DNA of 58,425 bases, from contig CAKRAM010000100.1 of assembly GCA_934294965.1 (NCBI GenBank), forward strand, positions 1 through 58,425, written 5' to 3'. Position numbers and translations under genes: made by a program. This DNA comes from an uncultured Clostridia bacterium (GTDB taxonomy: Bacteria > Bacillota > Clostridia > Christensenellales > CAG-314). The notes beneath the pieces are model-generated. The model searched no databases. It was not told the origin of the DNA and worked only from the letters and a program-made list of their open reading frames with translations. Shown piece by piece: positions 47,901 through 56,896 of this stretch (positions within the stretch are counted from its first letter, which is position 1; each line of letters opens with the position of its first letter).

Positions 47901-49371
47901 CGCCGGCGTTATCGCACTTGTAAACGTTCAAGCCGTTTTCCATTGCGATTTCGGCAGCTTCGGAAACAAGTACGTCGCCTTTGCGTTCCTCGTAGGTTGC
48001 TTTGGGCAAATCCACAAGCACACGACCGCTGACTTCGATCTTTTCACCGTATACGTTAAGCACGCCGACGGGAGAAACGACCACACATCCCAAATGATTG
48101 CCCAAAACGGCTTCGTAGTCGTGAACGGATTGCGCTTTTGTTGCGTCGAACAACTCCGTGCAAATTTTGGTTGCCGTGTGAACACTGTCGATGCCGCTTT
48201 GTTGAATGTCGAATGCTTGCGACTCGGTAAGTTCGGTACCTGCCGGCAAAACGTGTTCAAACGGAACGGTTACGTCGGCATCCAAATATTGACCTACGCT
48301 TTGAGAAACGAAGTCGGCGTTACCGCTTACTTGTACGGGTACGGTTTTGCCGTCCTTGTTGAGAATTTTGATTTGTTCGACGACTTGACTGTCGGCTATA
48401 AGTTGAGCCTGTTCGGCGGTGAGGCAAGTGTACTTGGAAAAGGTAATAACGCGAACGTTTACGTCTTCGCCGAGAGTAACCCCTGCCAAACGTGCCGCAA
48501 GAGCAAGTTTTTTGTTGTACTTGTAGCGGCCGACGCGAGCCAAATCGTAACGCTTTGCGTCGAACAACAAGTCGTTCAAAGTTTTTTGAACCGATTCGTC
48601 AGTGGGAATTTCACCCGGGCGAACACGCTTGTAGATTTCCACCAACGATTCTTGGTCGGTTGCCGTGTCGTCCTTTGCATAGGTCAGGCACAACGTGGGA
48701 TCGTACTCGAACAGATCGGCAATGCGGTTGCCGCTGCGACTTTCCGCCACAGTTCCGTCGTGCAAAATTCCGCGAAGAAGCACCGTGATGGGTAATTTTC
48801 TGTTGCGGTCGATGTGAACGTTAAGGATGTTGTTGTTGGAATCGTGTTCGATTTCGAGCCATGCGCCGCGGCTGGGCATAGCCGTCGTATTGTAGACGGG
48901 TTTGCCGTTTTTATCTCTCAAAACGTCGCAATAGACGCCGGGAGAACGCACCAATTGGGAAACGATTACACGCTCCGCACCGTTGATGATAAAACTGCCC
49001 GTATCGGTCATCAGGGGGAAATCTCCCATGAACACTTCCTGATCCAAAAATTCGCCGGTGCCTTTGTTGGTAAGGCGGACGGTCAGTCGAAGGGGACTTG
49101 CGTACGTAGCGTCACGCAAGCGACATTCCGCTATGGAATACTTGGGCGTGAGATCGATGTGATGATCCAAAAATTCCAAGCGAAAGTGGCCGGCAAAGTC
49201 CTCGATGGGCGAAAAGTCCTCGAACACTTCCCGAATGCCTTGATCGAGAAACGCCTTGTAACTTGCCGTTTGCACCTCGATAAGGTCGGGCAAATCGGGA
49301 ACGTTTTCGGTTTTGGCAAAGGATTTTCTTTCGTGGTTACCGTACATAACCGTTTTGATGTCTTGTGGCAT
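44962..49371 (-). CDS. rpoB: DNA-directed RNA polymerase subunit beta, with a lineage-specific insertion and an acidic C-terminal extension
   Basis: [10 protein letters not shown] and other beta signatures. The ORF-track start at 49377 is a TTG. The ATG at 49371, with GAGGAG 8 nt upstream, is preferred. Confidence 0.97.
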   Translation of the reverse strand: MPQDIKTVMYGNHERKSFAKTENVPDLPDLIEVQTASYKAFLDQGIREVFEDFSPIEDFAGHFRLEFLDHHIDLTPKYSIAECRLRDATYASPLRLTVRLTNKGTGEFLDQEVFMGDFPLMTDTGSFIINGAERVIVSQLVRSPGVYCDVLRDKNGKPVYNTTAMPSRGAWLEIEHDSNNNILNVHIDRNRKLPITVLLRGILHDGTVAESRSGNRIADLFEYDPTLCLTYAKDDTATDQESLVEIYKRVRPGEIPTDESVQKTLNDLLFDAKRYDLARVGRYKYNKKLALAARLAGVTLGEDVNVRVITFSKYTCLTAEQAQLIADSQVVEQIKILNKDGKTVPVQVSGNADFVSQSVGQYLDADVTVPFEHVLPAGTELTESQAFDIQQSGIDSVHTATKICTELFDATKAQSVHDYEAVLGNHLGCVVVSPVGVLNVYGEKIEVSGRVLVDLPKATYEERKGDVLVSEAAEIAMENGLNVYKCDNAGVIVLAKQCPAVKVIGNNTVDARIYALTKDKRFGAIDFKACGLYEAVDVSVLDEILSAGLSVEDTAEMLRARRDDLISKHITREDIIATVSYNLGLKYGIGTSDDIDHLGNRRVRSVGELLQNQFRIGISRLERVIRERMAIQEPGKATPQSLINVRPVSSAIKEFFGSSQLSQFMDQSNPIAELTHKRKLSALGPGGLNRERATFEVRDVHYTHYGRMCPIETPEGQNIGLITSLAGYARINEYGFIEAPYRRVDKIHNTVTDAIEYLSADEEDKYIIGQANEPLDEHGYFAHERVTCRRKDDILEFPREKVDYVDVSPRQLISVATSLIPFLENDDTNRALMGSNMQRQAVPLISPEAPIVATGIEAKIAHDSGVMILSKESGIVLKASDNKIIVQNDNGSLSMYDLKKFVRSNQGTCVNQKVIVKKGDRVEKGQVLADGPSTDGGELALGRNILIGFMTWEGYNYEDAVLLSERLVKEDLFTSVHIEEHEIECRETKLGPEEFTRDIPNVGDDALKDLDESGIVRIGAEVRPGDILVGKVTPKGETDLTPEERLLRAIFSEKAREVRDTSLRVPNGEGGIVVDVKVFTRENKDELDPGVSKLVRVYIAQKRKISVGDKMAGRHGNKGVVSRILPEEDMPFMEDGTPLQIVLNPLGVPSRMNIGQVLEVHLGLISKMLGWKIATPVFDGASEAEIRKLFEENGMVNPKTGKVDGKVQLYDGRTGEPFENRVTVGYMYYLKLIHLVDDKIHARSTGPYSLVTQQPLGGKAQCGGQRFGEMEVWALEAYGAANVLQEILTVKSDDVVGRVKTYEAIVKGENIPDPGIPESFKVLIKELQSLALDVKVLSADNEEIIVRDSIDDESDYNEIMLAEQEERRRQMHGLSEEDEITLHEGDEGSKFTDDDDDFSLDSLFENDENDAMSSLFGSDEDGKNAPADEENLDQGGLDSLLGALETDDEDDLDLFDDSDEDDEDGDDEE

Positions 49372-49710
49372 TGACAAAACTCCTCAAAAATATTTTTCAA
49401 AAAATTTAGCGAAAAGGGTTGCAATGTAGCCGAATTTTGTGTATGTTATTGGGGAAGGTTGGCTATTTGACCTCGCCCAAAGGAATGGATGAACGACAAA
49501 ACGCACCGCCGCTTTGCGTTTTTAGGCGCAATCGCTTGCGAAAATACGCCCGGTAAATTGCATATGCAAAAGATTTTGCGCTTGCAAAAGTCAACACACA
49601 AGACGACTTCCGCAAAAACTACGAAATTTGCATAAAAAGTGGCAAAAAACGTTAAAAATGCGTGTTTTGTCGACCATTTTGCCCTTGCGGGCATAAAATC
49701 GGACTAATAT

Positions 49711-49739
49711 ATATTATCACTCTTTGTGTCAATAGTCAA
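49711..49739 (-). promoter_or_regulatory. sigma-A type promoter upstream of rpoB
   Basis: On the minus strand: TTGACT, 17-nt spacer, TAATAT. It lies downstream of the rplL terminator and gives a leader of about 330 nt. Confidence 0.5.
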
Positions 49740-49899
49740 AGAGTATTACGGGCATAATATTATAAAAAAAATATCAAAATATTTTTTCGCTTTTGGACTT
49801 CTTCGGAAGCCCTATTTTTTGCGCATTTTTCCGCAAAACTTACAACGATAACACACGTTTGATAATTCAAAATTGTAACAAAGTTAATATAGAAATACG

Positions 49900-49941
49900 C
49901 AAAACAAAAAGCCCCGAAGGTGCGCACTGCACGTTCGGGGC
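49900..49941 (-). terminator. intrinsic terminator after rplL
   Basis: On the minus strand: GCCCCGAA / TTCGGGGC stem followed by TTTTTGTTTT. Confidence 0.8.
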
Positions 49942-49963
49942 AAATTTTGTAAGTTGACTTAAA

Positions 49964-50332
49964 TTACTTGAGTTCGGCTTCTGCGCCTGCATCCTTAAGT
50001 TTCTTAGCCATTTCTTCTGCAGCTTCCTTAGGAAGAGCTTCCTTAACGGTTGCGGGAGCGCTTTCAACAAGGTTTTTAGCTTCAACAAGACCAAGACCGG
50101 TAGCTTCGCGAACAGCTTTGATAACGGCAATTTTGTTTGCGCCGATAGACTTCAAAACTACGTCGAATTCTGTCTTTTCTTCAACAACGGGAGCAGCTGC
50201 TGCTGCGCCGCCTGCTACTGCTACGGGAGCAGCTGCGCTTACGCCGAATTCTTCTTCGATGGCGTGAACAAGTTCGTTAAGTTCCAAAACGGAAAGAGAT
50301 TTGATCTCTTCAATAAATTTTTGTGTATCCAT
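49964..50332 (-). CDS. rplL: 50S ribosomal protein L7/L12
   Basis: Alanine-rich hinge and C-terminal [12 protein letters not shown]... motif. Confidence 0.97.
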   Translation of the reverse strand: MDTQKFIEEIKSLSVLELNELVHAIEEEFGVSAAAPVAVAGGAAAAAPVVEEKTEFDVVLKSIGANKIAVIKAVREATGLGLVEAKNLVESAPATVKEALPKEAAEEMAKKLKDAGAEAELK

Positions 50333-50433
50333 TTTTATTCTCCTATAATATTTTTATTTGATGCCCTAGGGCGATTTTGCCGCTTACGCGACGGTTTTTG
50401 CTGCCGAAATTGCTCGGCATTGAGCCGAATATA

Positions 50434-50937
50434 CTACTCGGCTTTTTCGGCGATTGCGTTCAAAGCAACAGCCAATCCGCGCATAGGTGCGGACAAGACA
50501 GACACCAACATAGCAAGAAGAACTTCCTTGGAAGGAACTTTGCTCATAGCGTCCACGGTTGCGGCATCGGCAAATTTCTTGTCGAACATACCACACTTAA
50601 TTTGCATTGCCTTGTACTTGGCGATGCCATCCGAAGCAACTTTTGCCGCAGATACTGCGTCTTCCATACCGAAAGCGATTGCGCTGGGACCGTTCAAAGC
50701 TTCGTCAAACTCCGTATATCCGAGTTCGTGAAGGGCGATTTTGAACAAAGTGTTTTTAAGAACTTTGTATTCTACGCCGTTTTTACGAAATTCGGCACGG
50801 AATTCTGTGTCTTGGGCAACGGTCAGACCTTTGTAGTCCACGATGACGAAAGATTGGCAATTTTGGATTTGTTCCTTGATGCTTTCCACAACGTCTCTTT
50901 TGGCAAGTTGAGTTGCGCTAAGTTTCTTTTCGTGCAT
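50434..50937 (-). CDS. rplJ: 50S ribosomal protein L10
   Basis: Context (rplA-rplJ-rplL) and FVIVDYKGLTVAQDTEFR motif. AAGGAGG upstream of the ATG at 50937. Confidence 0.95.
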   Translation of the reverse strand: MHEKKLSATQLAKRDVVESIKEQIQNCQSFVIVDYKGLTVAQDTEFRAEFRKNGVEYKVLKNTLFKIALHELGYTEFDEALNGPSAIAFGMEDAVSAAKVASDGIAKYKAMQIKCGMFDKKFADAATVDAMSKVPSKEVLLAMLVSVLSAPMRGLAVALNAIAEKAE

Positions 50938-51094
50938 AACTATCCTCCTTTTAATATTATAAACAAAACCCTTGCACCGCCGAATTGGGGTACAAGGGTA
51001 GGAGTGCAAAACAATTGCAGCCCTGCTGTACCTCGGCAAGATTTACTTATACACTTGCTGTCTTAGGAACGGTCAGAGTTTATTTATTTGTGTT
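50938..51094 (-). promoter_or_regulatory. probable L10 (rplJ) leader with an attenuator hairpin
   Basis: 157-nt leader. On the minus strand: CCCTTGTAC (50990-50998) / GTGCAAGGG (50969-50977) 9-bp stem followed by TTTTGTTT just before the SD. This is consistent with the attenuation-type L10 leader of Firmicutes. Not verified against a covariance model. Confidence 0.45.
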
Positions 51095-51778
51095 TTAGCC
51101 TTTGTAGGCAACTTTGATACCGGGGCCCATGGTGGTTGCAATTGCAATAGACTTGAGGTAAGTACCTTTTGCACTTGCCGGCTTAGCTTTGATGATTGCA
51201 TCCATAATGCTGGTAACGTTTTCCAAAAGTTTTTCTTTTCCGAAAGACTTTTTGCCGAAAATTACGTGGCAGATGGATTGTTTGTCTACACGATATTCAA
51301 CCTTACCTGCTTTTACGTCGTGGATTGCTTTGGTTACGTCCATAGTAACGGTGCCGCTCTTGGGGTTGGGCATCAAGCCTTTGGGACCAAGAACTTTACC
51401 CATACGACCTACCAAGCCCATCATATCGGGAGTGGTGATCATAACGTCAAAGTCAAACCAGTTTTCTTTTTGAATCTTTTCGATGTATTCTTCTGCGCCA
51501 ACGTAATCGGCACCGGCTGCTTGCGCTTCGTCGGCTTTTGCGCCTTTTGCGATTACCAAAACGCGAACGGATTTACCTGTTCCGTTGGGAAGAACGACAA
51601 CGCCACGAACTTGTTGATCGGCGTGACGGCTGTCTACGCCCAATTTTACGTGAAGTTCCAACGTTTCGTCAAACTTGGCGGGAGCGATTTCCAAAGCCTT
51701 TTCGATGGCTTCTGCCATTTCGTATTGCTTGGTTTTATCGTACTTTTTAAGTGCGTCTACATACTTTTTACCTTTCAT
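51095..51778 (-). CDS. rplA: 50S ribosomal protein L1
   Basis: [15 protein letters not shown] ... typical L1. AAGGAGG upstream of the ATG at 51778. Confidence 0.96.
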   Translation of the reverse strand: MKGKKYVDALKKYDKTKQYEMAEAIEKALEIAPAKFDETLELHVKLGVDSRHADQQVRGVVVLPNGTGKSVRVLVIAKGAKADEAQAAGADYVGAEEYIEKIQKENWFDFDVMITTPDMMGLVGRMGKVLGPKGLMPNPKSGTVTMDVTKAIHDVKAGKVEYRVDKQSICHVIFGKKSFGKEKLLENVTSIMDAIIKAKPASAKGTYLKSIAIATTMGPGIKVAYKG

Positions 51779-51789
51779 TTGGCACCTCC

Positions 51790-52215
51790 TTAACCTTCGA
51801 CCACGATACCCATACTGCGAGCAGTACCGGCAATCATCGAGCAAGCAGATTCCAAGCTGGCGGCGTTAAGGTCAACCATCTTGAGTTTTGCAATTTCTTC
51901 GATTTGTGCGTGAGTGATCTTGGCAACTTTCGTTTTGTTGGGGGTTGCACTGCCGCTTTCGATGCCGCATGCCTTTTTGATAAGCACGGGTGCGGGCGGA
52001 GTTTTGAGAATGAAAGTGAAGCTGTGATCTTGATAGATTGTTACGATTACAGGAATGATAAGTCCTGCTTTGTCTGCGGTTTTGGCGTTAAATTCCTTGG
52101 TGAAACCGGGAATGTTGATTCCGTGAGGGCCCAATGCCGAACCTACCGGGGGTGCCGGAGTGGCTTTGCCTGCCGGAAGTTGAAGTTTTACAACCGCCGT
52201 GACTTTTTTTGCCAT
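51790..52215 (-). CDS. rplK: 50S ribosomal protein L11
   Basis: [38 protein letters not shown] upstream of the ATG. Confidence 0.97.
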   Translation of the reverse strand: MAKKVTAVVKLQLPAGKATPAPPVGSALGPHGINIPGFTKEFNAKTADKAGLIIPVIVTIYQDHSFTFILKTPPAPVLIKKACGIESGSATPNKTKVAKITHAQIEEIAKLKMVDLNAASLESACSMIAGTARSMGIVVEG

Positions 52216-52317
52216 AAATGATTTCCTCCTATTCGTGGTATAGCGGCACAAAACGATGCTTGCGCCTCCCATCACAAAGATAAGCCCCTTTGCGTGCGGG
52301 CAAAAACACTGCCGAAA

Positions 52318-52872
52318 CTACTCCTTGCCAGAAGTAACCTCGGTAGGATTGTTCAATTTTTCGATCTGCACAAAGTCCATATCCACGGACGTTTCGCGAC
52401 CGAACATATTCAAAAGAACCTGCGCCTTTTGGCGCAACGCGTCCTTTTCCTTCACAACGCCCACAAGCCCTTCAAACGGACCGGAAACAACGGTTATGCT
52501 GTCCCCTACTTCCACATCGAAGTTGACCACGCGTTCTTCCAAACGCAGGCGTTTGATTTCGTCCTCTTCCAAGGGCCAAGCCTTACCGTTGGGACCTACA
52601 AAACCCGTTACGCCGCGCGTGTTGGTTAGCATAAACCACAATTGAGAGGAATACACCATTTTGATAAACACGTAGCAGGGCATAACTTTGGCTTCGTACG
52701 CCTTACGCTTGCCGTTACGTTCCTCGATAAGCGTTTCGGTGGGAATTTTGATATCCAAAATGACATCTTGCAAACTTCCGTTTTCCACCATTTGCTCGAT
52801 GCTCTTTTTTACCAAACTTTCATACCCGGAATAGGTGTGAAGGATATACCATTTTGCTTGATTTTCGCTCAT
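52318..52872 (-). CDS. nusG: transcription termination/antitermination factor NusG
   Basis: KWYILHTYSGYE N-terminus and KOW region at the C-terminus. Confidence 0.95.
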   Translation of the reverse strand: MSENQAKWYILHTYSGYESLVKKSIEQMVENGSLQDVILDIKIPTETLIEERNGKRKAYEAKVMPCYVFIKMVYSSQLWFMLTNTRGVTGFVGPNGKAWPLEEDEIKRLRLEERVVNFDVEVGDSITVVSGPFEGLVGVVKEKDALRQKAQVLLNMFGRETSVDMDFVQIEKLNNPTEVTSGKE

Positions 52873-52876
52873 AGCT

Positions 52877-53086
52877 CTACTTTTTTGCCAAGTTAATAAG
52901 TGCGGTCAAGCCGACGTCCACGCCGAAGATGACGACGCCAAAGAATAAAACTACAAGCAAAACGATGCCGGTGTTTTTTGCAACGGTTTTGAAATTGGGC
53001 CAGGTTACCTTTTTAAGTTCGGACCAGCTTTTGGAAAAGAATCTTCCCAATTTGCCTTGTTTTTTTGCTTTTTGTTGTTCCGCCAT
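52877..53086 (-). CDS. secE: preprotein translocase subunit SecE
   Basis: 69 aa with a single C-terminal TM helix. SELKKVTWP motif. Lies between rpmG and nusG. Confidence 0.9.
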   Translation of the reverse strand: MAEQQKAKKQGKLGRFFSKSWSELKKVTWPNFKTVAKNTGIVLLVVLFFGVVIFGVDVGLTALINLAKK

Positions 53087-53098
53087 TACCGTATCTCC

Positions 53099-53266
53099 TT
53101 ACTTAGCTTCTTTGTGAGCGGTATGCTTTTTGCAAAATCTGCAATACTTGTTGAACTCCAATCTGTCGGTAGTGGTTTTACCGTTTTTATAAGTATCGTA
53201 GTTACGTTGTTTGCATTCCGTGCAAGCAAGAACAACCTTTACTCTGTTACCTTTTTTCGCTGCCAT
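53099..53266 (-). CDS. rpmG: 50S ribosomal protein L33
   Basis: [23 protein letters not shown]...[12 protein letters not shown]. Start trimmed to the ATG at 53266. Confidence 0.93.
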   Translation of the reverse strand: MAAKKGNRVKVVLACTECKQRNYDTYKNGKTTTDRLEFNKYCRFCKKHTAHKEAK

Positions 53267-53428
53267 AGCTTCAGATTCTCCTGTTATTTGCGCCAAAAAA
53301 CGTATTTTTGCACGCAAAAAATTACACCCCTCTATAGAAGTGCTTGATTATGATAGCACAAAGCAATCGTCAAGTCAACTGATTTTTTCAATTTGGCAAA
53401 CGAAATTAAAAAATATTTGAAAACCGTA

Positions 53429-53457
53429 TTGACAGCAAAATTGTTTTGCATTACAAT
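53429..53457 (+). promoter_or_regulatory. near-consensus sigma-A promoter firing rightward into an ORF-free region
   Basis: TTGACA (53429-53434), 17-nt spacer, TACAAT (53452-53457). Confidence 0.7.
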
Positions 53458-53480
53458 ATTCGTCCCTACCGAACCGACCA

Positions 53481-53532
53481 CCGCCGAGGGCGGTTCCGCC
53501 GGTTCGCCGCCGAGGGCGGTTCCGTTAGTTCG
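53481..53532 (+). repeat. 2 x 26-nt tandem repeat, each unit containing a CCGCC-GAG-GGCGG hairpin
   Basis: ccgccgagggcggttccgccggttcg / ccgccgagggcggttccgttagttcg. In addition, CGAACCG (53470-53476) pairs with CGGTTCG (53500-53506) around the first hairpin. Confidence 0.85.
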
Positions 53533-53550
53533 TGTGCAAAGTAAGCGAAC
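53520..53550 (+). repeat. 31-nt conserved module, copy 1 (TTCCGTTAGTTCGTGTGCAAAGTAAGCGAAC)
   Basis: 28/31 identical to 58066..58096. Both copies are immediately preceded by a 5-bp/3-nt-loop GC hairpin of different sequence. Confidence 0.8.
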
Positions 53551-53968
53551 AATTTGGAACAGCAGGCATTTGAAAAGCATACGACACAATTTCGCAAAGC
53601 CGATTGAATAATATGCGACCGACTGTCCCAATACGTCATTCTGAGCCTGTCGAAGGATCCCCTGGAAAGGGACCTTATGGAAAATTGACTGTTTATTGCA
53701 ACACACTACCGATGTTCACAATGTGTCCGTTCCCGGTGATGTTTCGACTGCACTTCGTTCCGCTCAACATGACATATGGGAAGCAACGAACAACTGTATA
53801 TAATTGGTCAAGAAGAACACAATCGACTAAACCTACAAAACAGGCTTTGCCTGCGCTCAATATGACATGTCGGAAGCAGCCGGTATCTGCGCGCGGTTTG
53901 CAAAATCAAATCAAAATGTTTTTTTACTAATACTGTATAGTATATTAGTTTTTACGGAGGTACACAAA

Positions 53969-54385
53969 ATGGTAGACTACAAATTGTTGGTAAAAGAAGC
54001 CTACGAGGCGCAAAAAATGGCGTACACACCCTACTCTCATTGGAACGTGGGCGCGGCGTTGCTGACGGCGGACGGCAAAATCTACCGCGGTTGCAACATC
54101 GAAAGTTCCACGTTTTCCCCCACCAATTGCGCCGAACGCACGGCAATATTCAAAGCCGTTTCCGAAGGTGAACGGGACTTTGTGGCAATCGCTATCGTCG
54201 GCAACGACAAGGATACCCCTATCGGACAGGGCGATTTTTGCCCGCCTTGCGGAGTATGCCGCCAAGTGATGACCGAGTTTTGCGGCGGCGATTTTGAAAT
54301 CGTTTTGGCAAAGGACTACGACAAATTTGAAGTGTACACTTTGGAGGAAATGATGCCCCACTTTAGTTTGCCGCTAAAAAAATAG
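53969..54385 (+). CDS. cdd: cytidine deaminase
   Basis: CAERTAIFKA and PCGVCRQVM zinc-binding motifs. GGAGG upstream of the ATG at 53969. The ORF-track N-terminal extension was rejected. Confidence 0.92.
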   Translation: MVDYKLLVKEAYEAQKMAYTPYSHWNVGAALLTADGKIYRGCNIESSTFSPTNCAERTAIFKAVSEGERDFVAIAIVGNDKDTPIGQGDFCPPCGVCRQVMTEFCGGDFEIVLAKDYDKFEVYTLEEMMPHFSLPLKK

Positions 54386-54407
54386 CACAACCGACCTAAA
54401 AAGCATA

Positions 54408-54447
54408 ATGCCCCGCTTCGGATTTCTCCGAAACGGGGCATCTTTCT
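54408..54447. terminator. hairpin terminator after cdd (may act in both directions)
   Basis: ATGCCCCG / CGGGGCAT stem with an inner TCGGA/TCCGA stem. Only a weak T tract on the plus strand (CTTTCT) but T5 on the minus strand. Confidence 0.5.
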
Positions 54448-54664
54448 GCCACCACGAATATTGACGCACTGTTTGCACCGATATTTTAGGCACACCCTGC
54501 CCACACACATCAACGGCAGGGACTTTTATGCACGTCGCATTGGCAATGCCGCCGCGACGGATAAAAGACGATAAATTTTTCAGGCGCGATTCGCCTGTTT
54601 GCAACTCGGCACCGCTTTGCAAATGAGATTTGCAAGCAGGCTAACGTTGCAGGTTTTGGCAAAA

Positions 54665-56215
54665 CTAGTTTGCTTTTACTACGGTGTACAGTATTACGCC
54701 GGAAGCAGAAGTTTCGCGCGATTCAACAGTATAATCTTTTGCGCAGAAGTTGGTATGTTCCCCCTCTGCCCAACAATCTGCAGGGTTAAATTTTTCGAAC
54801 GTTCCGCCGGTAACGCTGATTTTTGCCGTTCCGGCTTTTCTGTTTGCATCATAACAGTTCAAAACAAATCCGTCCGCCTTGTTTGCATCAGAATATTTTT
54901 GTTGAACACTATATGTTCCGCCTTTAACTAGCAACTCTCCTTCATATACATAAACTGCATGGATATTACCGTTGAATGTGCCGTTTTCAATTACACACTT
55001 TGCACCGTCTTGAAGATCAACGGCATAGCAATCGTTGGCTTTTGCGACGAATGATCCATTTCCAGTGATAGTCAAACTGCCGGCTCTTCCACTAATCAAA
55101 CTCCAGTTGCTCGCATCCTCATTAGGAACATCCCACAAGTCCGAAGTATTGCTTACAGTTTTACCATTAGCATCCAATGTGATTGACTTTCCGTCTTTAA
55201 GAGAAACCGTCAATTTGAGATCCACATTTTCAAGTAACTTAACTGTATCTCCGTTCTTTGCAATGTCAAATGCAGATTGCAAATCTTTGAATTGAATTCC
55301 GTTAATTTCTGCAACACCGTTTTCTACAACTGCGCTGTTTTGGGATGCGGTCTTAACTTGGTCGGTGGTTTTAACTTCGGACACTTCTACGGTTGCGCCG
55401 TTTACGGTAACCGTAACGTCATTCGCACCCTTGGAGTAGCCGGCGATTGTTGCGCCTTGTTCGGTTGCAACTATAACACTGCTATTTACAACGTTAAGTT
55501 CAATGACTTTTGCAGTTGCTTCCGCAACGAAACGTCCTTTTGCAATGCTGACGTATGCAGATACGCCAAATTCGTGATAGGAATTTTCCTTAACTGCCAC
55601 AATGTTTGTAAAATCTGCCGCGCCGTAGTGAGCCACTTCACTATTTTCAGCGTTGATTTCCAATGTGCCACCATTTGTACGAATGGTAACGTTTTGCGTT
55701 CCGTTATATGTTACGTTTACGCCTGTATTTTCACCTACGTCCAAGCCGGAAGTTACAGTAAGAGTTGTTTCTGCTGCCACTTCGTATGCAAGGTAATTGC
55801 TGTACTTGGCATCCAAACCTTTTTCTTCGTGAGCAATCTTCCAAACGGTTGCGTCGTTGGGAATTTGTTCTCCGTTTGCGGAATAAACGACCTTGCCGTC
55901 TTCCACAAGTGCAAAGCGATTGCTGGTGGAGTTCCAAACAATTTCGCCCGAGCTGCGCGGAGTGAGTTTTTCGACTGAAAAACCATATTCCTTGGCAACC
56001 TTAAGTGCCTGATTCATCGTTGTCGGCTTATCCGTCACGTCTTCTGCTGCAAGTGCCTCGTTGATGTTGCGTACCAAAGCGGTATCGCTGGAAACATTTG
56101 CCTTTTTGATTACAGATACAAACGTGGGGATGAGAACGCCGGCAAGAATTGCAATTACTGCTATCACGATGACAAGTTCGATGATCGTGAAACCGCGTTT
56201 TTTGCTGTTTGTCAT
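54665..56215 (-). CDS. large type IV pilin-like protein (prepilin N-terminal methylation motif plus beta-rich C-terminal domain)
   Basis: N-terminus MTNSKKRGFTIIELVIVIAVIAILAGVLIP: G|F cleavage site, Glu at +5, hydrophobic helix. The remaining ~480 aa are rich in G/N/T/V repeats (beta-helix-like). AGGAGA upstream of the ATG. Confidence 0.8.
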   Translation of the reverse strand: MTNSKKRGFTIIELVIVIAVIAILAGVLIPTFVSVIKKANVSSDTALVRNINEALAAEDVTDKPTTMNQALKVAKEYGFSVEKLTPRSSGEIVWNSTSNRFALVEDGKVVYSANGEQIPNDATVWKIAHEEKGLDAKYSNYLAYEVAAETTLTVTSGLDVGENTGVNVTYNGTQNVTIRTNGGTLEINAENSEVAHYGAADFTNIVAVKENSYHEFGVSAYVSIAKGRFVAEATAKVIELNVVNSSVIVATEQGATIAGYSKGANDVTVTVNGATVEVSEVKTTDQVKTASQNSAVVENGVAEINGIQFKDLQSAFDIAKNGDTVKLLENVDLKLTVSLKDGKSITLDANGKTVSNTSDLWDVPNEDASNWSLISGRAGSLTITGNGSFVAKANDCYAVDLQDGAKCVIENGTFNGNIHAVYVYEGELLVKGGTYSVQQKYSDANKADGFVLNCYDANRKAGTAKISVTGGTFEKFNPADCWAEGEHTNFCAKDYTVESRETSASGVILYTVVKAN

Positions 56216-56896
56216 AACGTTTTCTATCTCCTATATGTTATTATCCGGCGGCTTGGCAAAAGTTAATTTGCAAAAAGTCCCGAACACGGGCGTATGCCGC
56301 AGCAAAATAACTTGCAAATTGCTTTTTGCGTGTTACGAAACGACTCGTCGAACGCTTGCTTGCAAACAAACCTTTTACGGCAGTGCCGTGTGGAAGAAAA
56401 GATTTGTGCTTGCTTGTGGTCGACGGCTGCTCCGTGCAAATAAGCCAACGGGCGGTGTCCTCCGCCAACGGATTGCTCCGAATTTGCAACGAAATTTGGG
56501 CGCACATAGCCATAGTACAAGAATATCGTTTAGGACAAGTTTTGTCAAGCAATTTGCGTTTTTCGCTGTCGGTTTTTGTCGGGTTTTGTTTTACGTTCCG
56601 ACCAGACGTGCAACGGCGTTCGCACGTTCGTATTCTACGCTTGTTCCTCGTTGAGAGTAATTGGCATTGCAATATCAAAAGCAAACTGCTAATAACAAGC
56701 GCGGCACACGAACAAGCGAAGTCGATTTTGTCGGGGCGGCACTACTGCGCCTAATTTTGTCACATTTTGGCAAAAATGCGGACAAAACATTTTAATTTAT
56801 TCAACATTTCACTTTTATTTACTTTTGGTTTACTTTTGCCGTTTACATTGCTCGGTGCAAAATGCACTACTATCGACATCCACCAAAGGAGAACAT

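Noticed and set aside
53481-53532. Possible mini-CRISPR, because of direct repeats with internal palindromes.
   Set aside because: There are only two 26-nt units, directly abutting with no spacers, and no cas genes anywhere in the window.
53332-53930. ORFs of 124 aa (minus), 72 aa and 108 aa (plus) between rpmG and cdd.
   Set aside because: They have no SD. Their composition is typical of translated GC-rich repeats (ILRQAQNDV, IRHSEPVEGSP). They overlap each other. The region is better explained as non-coding RNA or a leader.
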